Source of the DNA: an uncultured virus (IMG/VR IMGVR_UViG_3300022548_000001) | Lineage: Duplodnaviria > Heunggongvirae > Uroviricota > Caudoviricetes | Length of the DNA stretch: 64,000 nucleotides | IMG/VR virus record: IMGVR_UViG_3300022548_000001 | Reading direction: 5' to 3' (one strand) | Part shown: positions 47,435 through 55,493 of the stretch, one piece after another | How positions within the stretch are numbered: position 1 is the first letter of the stretch | How the letters are laid out: each line of letters starts with the position of its first letter | Made by a program: the position numbers and the translations under genes | Notes under the pieces: model-generated | Databases searched by the model: none | Seen by the model: the letters and a program-made list of their open reading frames with translations, nothing else | What the model was told of the DNA's origin: nothing

Positions 47435-48337
47435 TCAGGCGTTTAATATTTCTGACTTTGTCGATAAAGGCTGGATTTGGTTAATATTTTTTTTTTTATT
47501 TTTTTTTCTTATGCATTCATCATCATCGTCGTCGTCATCATCATCAAATAATCCATTATATATATCATATTTTGGGTGATTAAATATATTGTATTGAAAT
47601 TCTGGGCAATATTGAGAAAAATTTCTTATACCACCTTGAGATGATTCTTTTACATTGGATTGTGGGAGCTGTTTTTCTTTTAATTTTAAAACTTTCTTTT
47701 CAATTTCTTTATATTCATCGTCTTTTAAATTGATTAGAGGAGAAGCGGCATCTTTTATTAACAATACCTTTTCTCTTTTTGAGATTGATTCTGTGTTCAT
47801 TATAGAAGCAATATTTGATAAAATTGAATTATAATCAAGCGCAATAGACCACTTGATATTGTCAAATTTTATTTGACGTTGATAATCAAAAAACGACACC
47901 GACATTTCATTTTCTTTATTTGCAATCGCCCGAATAAAGTACGAGCCACATTTATTCATTTTTTCAATAGCTTGAACATTATCCTGATTAGATGGCATCG
48001 TACTCATTGTATGATGAGAATGCCCCCAAAACCTAACTTTTGAAATATCTTGAGCACGATTCTCATTAATAAGTTGTTGAGCGATTTCAATTTCCCCTTC
48101 CGGAGATATTTCACACGTTGAGGATGACACTAAGCAGTGTTTTGGATAGAAAATTTCCGTAATGACATACGCATTGTCAATTTCATTTACTATTCCAAGA
48201 AATCCTATTTCTTCGTGATGACAATTAACCATCGCCAATATCCATTTTAAAGCCGTTGGGGTAAATTCTATTGATGGAGGCGTCTCCTTTTTAGTTGTAA
48301 TAAAACTATATTCACATTTTCTTTGATCTGGTTTCAT
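47435..48337 (-). CDS. JAB/MPN+ metallopeptidase (DUB-like)
   Basis: EIGFLG glutamate and WGHSHHTMSTMPSNQD (HxH-x7-S-x2-D) motif. Confidence 0.9.
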   Translation of the reverse strand: MKPDQRKCEYSFITTKKETPPSIEFTPTALKWILAMVNCHHEEIGFLGIVNEIDNAYVITEIFYPKHCLVSSSTCEISPEGEIEIAQQLINENRAQDISKVRFWGHSHHTMSTMPSNQDNVQAIEKMNKCGSYFIRAIANKENEMSVSFFDYQRQIKFDNIKWSIALDYNSILSNIASIMNTESISKREKVLLIKDAASPLINLKDDEYKEIEKKVLKLKEKQLPQSNVKESSQGGIRNFSQYCPEFQYNIFNHPKYDIYNGLFDDDDDDDDDECIRKKNKKKNINQIQPLSTKSEILNA

Positions 48338-49395
48338 ACTTCCTCAACTTTCTTTTCAATATAATTATCAGCTTTAGGAAATAAACAAATTTTTTCTCCC
48401 CACCGATCCTCTTCATTTGGGTGCTTAATGAATCGGATTAATGTATCAAACAAAAGCGATAAGTTTTTTGAGGTAATAGCCTCAAAAACATGATCAATAT
48501 ATTCACCAAGACAAATATTAAATTCATTATTTGAAATAAATGCGTGACCGCATACCCAATTTTCCGGAGCTCTATCAAGATTTCTTATGGTAAGCATTTT
48601 AATAAAATTATTATCAGGAGGCATGATATTATACAAATATTTAAGATCAATAATTATTTGAAGCCTCCCGACAATTCTTCTTCCATATTTTGGCTGATCT
48701 TCAGTTATTATTTCTTTTGTCTGTATTGCAAGTTTTTCCGGTTCATTTTTAACGAACCCAATTGAGTCGACAATTGGGCATTTCTTTTCAAGATATTCAA
48801 TATCTTCAAATATTTTTTTCACAATTTCTTGTTTATCAATGACTTTCATCAAATCATTGATTTGACGTTTTAATGTGACTATTGTCCCGTATATCCTATG
48901 AAGTTCTCGAATTTTTGAGTTATAGAGTGAAAAGGCTGAAGCTTCATCGTGTTTGACAAAGTTTGCCGCAATTGAAATGATATGATCTTTTGTAACAGCC
49001 GTGGTTGGATAAGCGCTCATGGGATTATTAGATATACAATCATCATTATCAACCTCGCCATCAATTTCATCCTCTATGTCGTAATCAGCCTCATTATCGT
49101 TCTCATCATCAAAATTTTCATTTTCATTATAATCATTAGACGGCGCTTCTATATGTTGAACGGTCTGGCCTGGTTGATATTTGGTGACATAAATAATTTG
49201 ACCGTCAACATTGAATTGAAAATTATTTGATTGGAGAAAATTAATTACGTCATTTATTGGTTTATGTGTATAAATAATAAAGTAAGAAGAGGCATAATAA
49301 TAATCATCCGCTATAGAAAATATTACATGCGGAGCATTGTAAATAGTTATTCCACTTTCTTGTGTAAAAACAATTGAAACCATTTTATCCTCCAA
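48334..49395 (-). CDS. Acidic linker, coiled coil and C-terminal E2 (UBC-fold)-like domain
   Basis: G.LQI.I...IRN...GHAF....NICLG...L...L..F...N.ED.WG...FP, paralogous to the upstream gene. Confidence 0.6.
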   Translation of the reverse strand: MEDKMVSIVFTQESGITIYNAPHVIFSIADDYYYASSYFIIYTHKPINDVINFLQSNNFQFNVDGQIIYVTKYQPGQTVQHIEAPSNDYNENENFDDENDNEADYDIEDEIDGEVDNDDCISNNPMSAYPTTAVTKDHIISIAANFVKHDEASAFSLYNSKIRELHRIYGTIVTLKRQINDLMKVIDKQEIVKKIFEDIEYLEKKCPIVDSIGFVKNEPEKLAIQTKEIITEDQPKYGRRIVGRLQIIIDLKYLYNIMPPDNNFIKMLTIRNLDRAPENWVCGHAFISNNEFNICLGEYIDHVFEAITSKNLSLLFDTLIRFIKHPNEEDRWGEKICLFPKADNYIEKKVEEV

Positions 49396-51232
49396 TATGA
49401 ATCGGTATATCTAATTTATTGTCAAATTTTTCTTCTTCTTCTGTTTTTTCCTTGCATATTGTTGCACATTCGTCAATAACATTGTCATTTTTTGCCTTTT
49501 CTTCGCTTACCACGGGCCATCTATTTAAATATGCGCCCGCCGGATCATCGAGATTTACATTTTCAAGAAATAATATAATCATGGTTATTATTTGAAAAAA
49601 ATCTCTTCTTTTATAAGCATCAATCATCATGCCGATCATATTGCCATGGCATATATGTCCATCATCGAAAACATGCGGGGCCTGCATGAGCTCATTAAAG
49701 GCATGAATTTGATGTTTTGTATTATATATCCTAATAGTATTATTAGAGTCATATCTGTCGTTAAACATACCAATGACAATATGGAATGTTCCAATATCAT
49801 GCCATGTTCCATACGTCTCATGTTTAACGTAGATATTCTTTGTATATACATGAATATGTTTGTCTATTATTTTTACGGCGAGAACTTTTGGTATTTTTTG
49901 TAATTCATCAAAGATTTTCTCGCATTTTTCGCGCTCTTCTTGTTCCGCCCTTTTCTCGTCAAAAGAGACGATCATTTCTTCAACTCTTTGAGCCATTCTT
50001 CCATATTCTAGAGCGTTATTCAACGCTTCCGTATATTTTTCTTTTATTTCTGCATATTCTTTTTTTAGTAAATTAATAAGAGATTTCGAACTCGACACTC
50101 CAGCCTCTACAAAAAGATTCTTGTCATTTTTTGTCGTGTCTTGGAAATATTTAACATCTCTTTTGACCATTTCTTCATATGAGAGGCTTCCCATAAACCT
50201 ATCGGCCAATTCTTTTATAATAACTTCTAAAAATTCTCCTTGCAATTGATCCATCTTGTCAATCATAAAATATATGTTATTTTTACTCTGAAGCGCCCAT
50301 ATTATTCCTGTTTTAAAATCACGATATATATAATCAAATTCTGAAAAAGCCGCCCCCATTGGATGAGCATGTTTATTAAAAGAGGAGTTTTCATAGTGCA
50401 GCTGTCTTAGCCCTCTAAAATTAAAACCGAATAACGTATGGAACATTTCAGGCCCCTGCACAAATCTTGACAAAGCAGGGTATACAAAAAGAATAATTGT
50501 TTGATTATCAATTTTAAATTTTTCTAATTTTTCTTTAATTGCATTTACGGAATTATAAAGTCCTTTATTAATACAAATAATATTTTTCTTTATTTTTAAC
50601 GCGAGATATTTTAATAAATTTTCCTCGAACACGATGCAATTGCTCTGAAAAAAATATTCTCCAGCCTTATCTATAGCAATACCAAATTCCGTTAATTCGT
50701 CTTTAATTTGTTTATATGTTGAACATTCTTCAGCCAAAACATGTTGAGTTTCAACTTCAATAGGCTGACTTTCAACTTCAACAGGCTGGGTTTCAGATTC
50801 AACGGTGGACCGAGCCTCAATCTCAACAGATTGCGTTTCCGAGGCTTCCCCCAATAAAGCATTTTTGAATTGATGAATAAAATTTTGTTGATTAAATTCT
50901 GGGTACGGAAACCTTTCCTCTCTCATTATTAAATATTTTGGAGATTCTTTTACCGATCCCGGCGTTATACAATCAAATAAAAGTTTATTTATCCAAAATG
51001 GATGAAGAAGCGTTTGCGTACCAGAAATAGACGTCGGCACCACTTCTACACAATCATATCCATGAGCCGCCGCAATCGATTCAATCGATCTTTTTACTTT
51101 TTCAAATGTTTCTATATCAACTATAGCAAGCTCTCCATCGCTTATAGTTGATAATGAATATGTGTCATAATCTTTTATTACCCCGGTCTCGACAAGTATA
51201 TTAGCTAAAAATTTTTCTATAAACGCGTGCAT
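49385..51232 (-). CDS. Large coiled-coil protein with C-terminal E2 (UBC-fold)-like domain
   Basis: IGTFHIVI...IYN...APHVFDDGHICHGN...FL..VN.DD.AG...WP; ATG 51232 follows AAAGGAGGAGGT. Confidence 0.7.
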   Translation of the reverse strand: MHAFIEKFLANILVETGVIKDYDTYSLSTISDGELAIVDIETFEKVKRSIESIAAAHGYDCVEVVPTSISGTQTLLHPFWINKLLFDCITPGSVKESPKYLIMREERFPYPEFNQQNFIHQFKNALLGEASETQSVEIEARSTVESETQPVEVESQPIEVETQHVLAEECSTYKQIKDELTEFGIAIDKAGEYFFQSNCIVFEENLLKYLALKIKKNIICINKGLYNSVNAIKEKLEKFKIDNQTIILFVYPALSRFVQGPEMFHTLFGFNFRGLRQLHYENSSFNKHAHPMGAAFSEFDYIYRDFKTGIIWALQSKNNIYFMIDKMDQLQGEFLEVIIKELADRFMGSLSYEEMVKRDVKYFQDTTKNDKNLFVEAGVSSSKSLINLLKKEYAEIKEKYTEALNNALEYGRMAQRVEEMIVSFDEKRAEQEEREKCEKIFDELQKIPKVLAVKIIDKHIHVYTKNIYVKHETYGTWHDIGTFHIVIGMFNDRYDSNNTIRIYNTKHQIHAFNELMQAPHVFDDGHICHGNMIGMMIDAYKRRDFFQIITMIILFLENVNLDDPAGAYLNRWPVVSEEKAKNDNVIDECATICKEKTEEEEKFDNKLDIPIHIGG

Positions 51233-51373
51233 ACCTCCTCCTTTCATTCTCATTTAAGAGGTAATTGTCTCTATAATTATAATTACATAAAGAAAAAAGA
51301 AATAACACTTGAGCGCGCTTATGCGGTGTTAAAATCAATATCGGCGCGTATTTAAAGAGTGGGTGAATTTTGC

Positions 51374-51664
51374 TCAATTCATATTGAGCATCTTTTTTAA
51401 TTCAACCCATTGGCCCCATGTGTGGCACACATAAACTTTTGCCCCGCAATATATAAGATTTTTATGAACTTCAGCCTGTATGGGGCTTACCTTGTTTTTT
51501 TTAGATTTTGTTTCAACAAAGACGGGGCCTGTGGATGGTGTAGAAAAGAAAATATCGGGAACCCCATTAACGCTCGCCTTTTCTATTTTAAAGGCGATAC
51601 AATTTTTCCCTTTTGAATCAAGGTCCCGTAATATTTTGCTCTGAAGAATTTTTTCTTCCGCCAT
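51374..51664 (-). CDS. VRR-NUC (PD-(D/E)XK) nuclease
   Basis: E..LQ..I, GVPD, FVETK, SPIQ...H. Confidence 0.85.
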   Translation of the reverse strand: MAEEKILQSKILRDLDSKGKNCIAFKIEKASVNGVPDIFFSTPSTGPVFVETKSKKNKVSPIQAEVHKNLIYCGAKVYVCHTWGQWVELKKMLNMN

Positions 51665-51932
51665 TATTATCTTTAATTATTTTATAAACATATGACAAAG
51701 AAATGCCGACAATAGACGCGATTTTGCAACATTTAACGTCTTTTTTATAAAGCTCTAATACTTTTTTATTCCGCGATTGTATATGCTGCCTTGACGATGG
51801 AATATTAAATTTTTTTCTAATATAATAAACAGATTGTCTTGTTACCCCAAATTGTTTTGCGACCTCGCAATCATTATAATTTTTAAAAATTAATAGCAAC
51901 TGCTCGCGGCTCATAGAAGATAAAGACGACAT
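51618..51932 (-). CDS. Double HTH DNA-binding protein
   Basis: EVAKQFGVTRQSVYYIRKK and KIASIVGISLSYVYKII. Confidence 0.75.
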   Translation of the reverse strand: MSSLSSMSREQLLLIFKNYNDCEVAKQFGVTRQSVYYIRKKFNIPSSRQHIQSRNKKVLELYKKDVKCCKIASIVGISLSYVYKIIKDNNGGRKNSSEQNITGP

Positions 51933-51944
51933 ATAACCTCTGAC

Positions 51945-51988
51945 AAAAAAAATACTGCATAATTTTAAAATTATGCAGTATTTTTTTT
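51945..51988. terminator. Perfect 44-bp palindrome (bidirectional terminator or operator)
   Basis: AAAAAAAATACTGCATAATTTT/AAAATTATGCAGTATTTTTTTT. Confidence 0.7.
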
Positions 51989-51998
51989 TATTTAAATG

Positions 51999-52283
51999 TT
52001 AAATGTTCGGATCACGCCTCCATTCTTTGCGATGCGGGGCGCGATATTCGCGCTCTCTGGCAACACTTACTTTGATGGCACGTCCTTCATAAATTGTATT
52101 ATTAAGGGCCTCTATCGCTTTATCAGAATTTTCCATTTCAACAAATCCAAACCCTCGAGAGCGCCCCGTTTGTTTATCTTTAATTATAAAAGCAGAAGTT
52201 ACAGGCGCTATTTTGGAAAAAAGATTTTTAAGATCTTCATCCGTTGATTTAAACGGAATATTACTAACAAACAGCTTTCCCAT
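51999..52283 (-). CDS. Single-RRM RNA-binding protein
   Basis: RNP2 KLFVSNI and RNP1 RGFGFVEM, Arg-rich tail. Confidence 0.95.
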   Translation of the reverse strand: MGKLFVSNIPFKSTDEDLKNLFSKIAPVTSAFIIKDKQTGRSRGFGFVEMENSDKAIEALNNTIYEGRAIKVSVAREREYRAPHRKEWRRDPNI

Positions 52284-52299
52284 ATTTTTACAACCCCTT

Positions 52300-54126
52300 T
52301 TAAATGTTACATTTTACATTATCATTGTTATTTTTAAGACTAACTATTTCATTTTTAAATACAATCGCAAGTTCTGATAATTTAATCGCTAAATTCATTT
52401 TATTCATTAAAGATTCTAAAATAATTTCATCAATTGATTTTTTTACTATTAAATCTATCGCGGTTACTTTTTCAGTCTGCCCCTGTCTATGCTGCCTTCC
52501 AAGGGCTTGGTCCCTTAATATATATGAATATGAATTATTAAAAAATATTTGATAATTACTGAATTGAATATTTTGACCAACCCCCATTTTAGACGTCATA
52601 GCGACCATTATTTTCTTTTTAGGATCTTTAAATTTTTGCACAATATCATAAGCGTCTTGGTTATTGAAACATGTTAAAATATAATTTTCCCCAAACGCTT
52701 TGCATAATCTTTCGTATATAAGCTCTATTGCCTTTATATACGTTGTCCATATGATTATTTTTTTATCTTGAGGAATACATGATATTGCGGTCATTAAAAG
52801 ATCAAGTTTTGGATTATGCGGCAAAATTATTGTATTGCTTTCATTTATTTCGGCGCCTTGTTCGTTTATTTTTATTTTTGTATTAATATAGAATCCACAG
52901 CATATTTGCCGAAGTTTGGTTAATAAAACAAGCGCGTTTTTCGCCGACACGCTATCTTTACAACTCATGTCGCATTTTTTCTTTTTATCACATTTTGAAC
53001 ACATGTCTTCAATAATTGCGACAAAATTATTTTTTAATTCATTATATAATTTTAATTGGCTTTCTTCCATTTCACAATACATTTTTTCTTGAATAAGCGG
53101 GGGAAGGTCAAGACAATCCTCTTTTTTAAACATTATAGATATTTTTCCAGTAATACGCGCCACTTCATCAACAGATCCTGGGCTTGGAAGCCATATATGC
53201 CCTTCCGGGTCGACAGAATACATGAATCTTTTTCTAAACTCTACCCATCCGGCGAACGGGACGGTGTCGGGCCCAAGAAACCTGAACGGCATAAAAAACG
53301 ATATTAAATTATTTGCGTGCAATGTTGCCGTAATAATATACTTGTATTTTACATAATCAAATAATTTAATAATAGTTTTTGTTTGTCGCGATCTTGGATC
53401 GCCTATTCTATGTGATTCATCAAGAATGACCATATCAAAATAGTTTGGCGGAAGAAATTCAGCCATTCTGAAGATTGACTCATAATTATAAATATAGACG
53501 TCATAATCTAAATTTTTCTTGTGAAATTTATATTTTTTATTTATAATGGCGTCCGCTTGTTTTGTATTATTTAAAACAATCCCTTTTAAATGTGGAACTT
53601 GTTTTTTCATTTCTTCGAGTACATTTTCTTTAAGAGGCGCAAGAGTAATAATAAGCGCTTTTTTAACTTGACCTCTTTGAATTCTTTTGTCGATAGCCCA
53701 TAAATACGCCGCCGTCTTACATGTTCCAGGATCGGCAAGTATGGCTGCCGCATCAGTATAAGCTATTGCATTAAACATTATTTTTTGATGTTCGAGCGGG
53801 GCATATATGCCTTTACATTCATAATCAAAACATGGATTATTTCCATATTGTTTTTTTATTTTATCAATAGCAGCTTCTCTATCAATTTTATTTTTATGAA
53901 CTTGTTTAATAAGATTATAAATTCCTTTTTCAAATTGGAATTGATTTTTAGATTCAGGGCCCGCAAATAATGACAATTTTGTTATCGCCTTAAAATGAAC
54001 AAGGATTGCCGGCTCTTTGAAAATTTTATCGCCGTCCATAACCCCTTGCAAAAGCTCGAGAGTATTTTTGTCATTACATTCGATTTTAAGGCGATATTTA
54101 TCATAAAATGATACTTTTATAACCAA
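52300..54126 (-). CDS. SNF2-family helicase
   Basis: HQ, DPGTCKT, ILDESH, TAT, KLRQIC, NPKL, GVGQN and QALGRQHRQGQ motifs. Confidence 0.9.
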   Translation of the reverse strand: MVIKVSFYDKYRLKIECNDKNTLELLQGVMDGDKIFKEPAILVHFKAITKLSLFAGPESKNQFQFEKGIYNLIKQVHKNKIDREAAIDKIKKQYGNNPCFDYECKGIYAPLEHQKIMFNAIAYTDAAAILADPGTCKTAAYLWAIDKRIQRGQVKKALIITLAPLKENVLEEMKKQVPHLKGIVLNNTKQADAIINKKYKFHKKNLDYDVYIYNYESIFRMAEFLPPNYFDMVILDESHRIGDPRSRQTKTIIKLFDYVKYKYIITATLHANNLISFFMPFRFLGPDTVPFAGWVEFRKRFMYSVDPEGHIWLPSPGSVDEVARITGKISIMFKKEDCLDLPPLIQEKMYCEMEESQLKLYNELKNNFVAIIEDMCSKCDKKKKCDMSCKDSVSAKNALVLLTKLRQICCGFYINTKIKINEQGAEINESNTIILPHNPKLDLLMTAISCIPQDKKIIIWTTYIKAIELIYERLCKAFGENYILTCFNNQDAYDIVQKFKDPKKKIMVAMTSKMGVGQNIQFSNYQIFFNNSYSYILRDQALGRQHRQGQTEKVTAIDLIVKKSIDEIILESLMNKMNLAIKLSELAIVFKNEIVSLKNNNDNVKCNI

Positions 54127-54611
54127 TTGAAATACCCCGTTTTTATGTTACAATTTTCTACAATACACGTAAATTGAAGCGTTCGAGAATTAGTGCTCCA
54201 TTTTTTTATTTCTATTGTGTATCGAAATTCAAATCCGCCAGGCGTATTTTTGCTTGGCTCTTTAATAACTCCGCCTCTTTTTTTTGCGTTTGCTATGAGA
54301 GTAAAAATAAAACATTTTAAATTCGATGGAATTGATAATGACCTTAATGGGTTTTTTGTATCAATAAAATCTTGATATATAATATCATTTTCTATCGCCA
54401 ATATCTCAAGACGTTCGGATATTTGCTTAAAAGCATGAGCGCTAATTTCAATTGCATGGCTCCCATCGCCTTCGCTGGAAGTCAAAAATTTTATTTTTTC
54501 CTCCATTGATCGTTCCAGCTCTCCGATTTTCATTACGTATTCTGCGTGCTCTGATCGCTCTTTTACGAATTCCAGATATAGATTGTCCAGTTCTTGATTT
54601 ACTTCTTTCAT
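54117..54611 (-). CDS. Hypothetical protein
   Basis: 164 aa, ISAHAFKQ motif, GAGG SD. Confidence 0.55.
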   Translation of the reverse strand: MKEVNQELDNLYLEFVKERSEHAEYVMKIGELERSMEEKIKFLTSSEGDGSHAIEISAHAFKQISERLEILAIENDIIYQDFIDTKNPLRSLSIPSNLKCFIFTLIANAKKRGGVIKEPSKNTPGGFEFRYTIEIKKWSTNSRTLQFTCIVENCNIKTGYFNWL

Positions 54612-55314
54612 TACCGCGCCTCGCTTTTCTGAAATAAATCATAAAAACATCATTGACAAATAAGCCTTTTTTATAATTAAAATTTTCCATTTCTTTGCCT
54701 ACTAAACCATAAATGTTGGTTAATGGCCTTGAAATAAATCCAAATTCGGCTTTTGACATTTTATAAACCTTTTCATTAATGTCTAAATCCGAACTTTTTA
54801 ATACTTGAAGTATAATTTCTTTATTATCTATAGAATTTTGTGTTGTTGGGGCGGTTGATATATATAAATCTTTTCTTAAAGACGGTGGAAATTTATTTCT
54901 AATATAAGCAAAAGAAATATGAATTTTTCCATCCTTTAAAATTTTTGGATTATAAGTTATTGAGCGTGGAATATGAACCATTTTTCTTAATTTAGAAAAA
55001 TTTCCATTAATAAGTTTTAATCTGCATATTTCCCCAATGGATGGGTAACAATCTTCATATTCTTGAACGTCGGCCCCTTTATAATCAAAAAGAAATGACG
55101 GGCATCTAAATCTAAATAATTCATTATTTCTATCAACCGTAATTGATATCCATGATTTGCCAAGAACAAGAGTATTGTACGGCGGCTCAATAATTTTTAG
55201 AACAATACCGTGTTCAATATCATAACATGGAATAATTTTAATATATTTGGTATTATGTAAAATTATTTTTTCAAAAACCGTTCCTTTGACGGTAATCATA
55301 TTTGAGATTTTCAT
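54448..55314 (-). CDS. Hypothetical protein
   Basis: ATG 55314 after GGAG; the 3' end overlaps the next gene by 164 nt. Confidence 0.5.
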   Translation of the reverse strand: MKISNMITVKGTVFEKIILHNTKYIKIIPCYDIEHGIVLKIIEPPYNTLVLGKSWISITVDRNNELFRFRCPSFLFDYKGADVQEYEDCYPSIGEICRLKLINGNFSKLRKMVHIPRSITYNPKILKDGKIHISFAYIRNKFPPSLRKDLYISTAPTTQNSIDNKEIILQVLKSSDLDINEKVYKMSKAEFGFISRPLTNIYGLVGKEMENFNYKKGLFVNDVFMIYFRKARRGNERSKSRTGQSISGIRKRAIRARRIRNENRRAGTINGGKNKIFDFQRRRWEPCN

Positions 55315-55324
55315 ACATATCTCC

Positions 55325-55359
55325 AAAAAAGATGGCTGAGGGTTTATCCCCCAGCCATC
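55325..55359 (-). terminator. Intrinsic terminator
   Basis: GATGGCTGGGGG-ATAAA-CCCTCAGCCATC-TTTTTT. Confidence 0.75.
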
Positions 55360-55451
55360 ATGTTATTTAAAAGATCGCATAAGACAGTTGCTGCTGATAA
55401 TACGCACCTCTCGACCCAATGGCAAACCACTCTCATAAAAAACCAACTCAT
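55344..55451 (-). CDS. 35-aa peptide MSWFFMRVVCHWVERCVLSAATVLCDLLNNMMAGG
   Basis: Strong SD GGGAGGT; stop codon lies in the terminator loop. Confidence 0.4.
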   Translation of the reverse strand: MSWFFMRVVCHWVERCVLSAATVLCDLLNNMMAGG

Positions 55452-55493
55452 ATAACCTCCCGATAAAGACCTCGGGTAGATCCATACAGGCGG

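Noticed and set aside
54448..54611. Functional dual-coding overlap of 164 nt
   Set aside because: The Arg-rich tail looks like off-frame run-on after loss of a stop codon; no motif supports a function.
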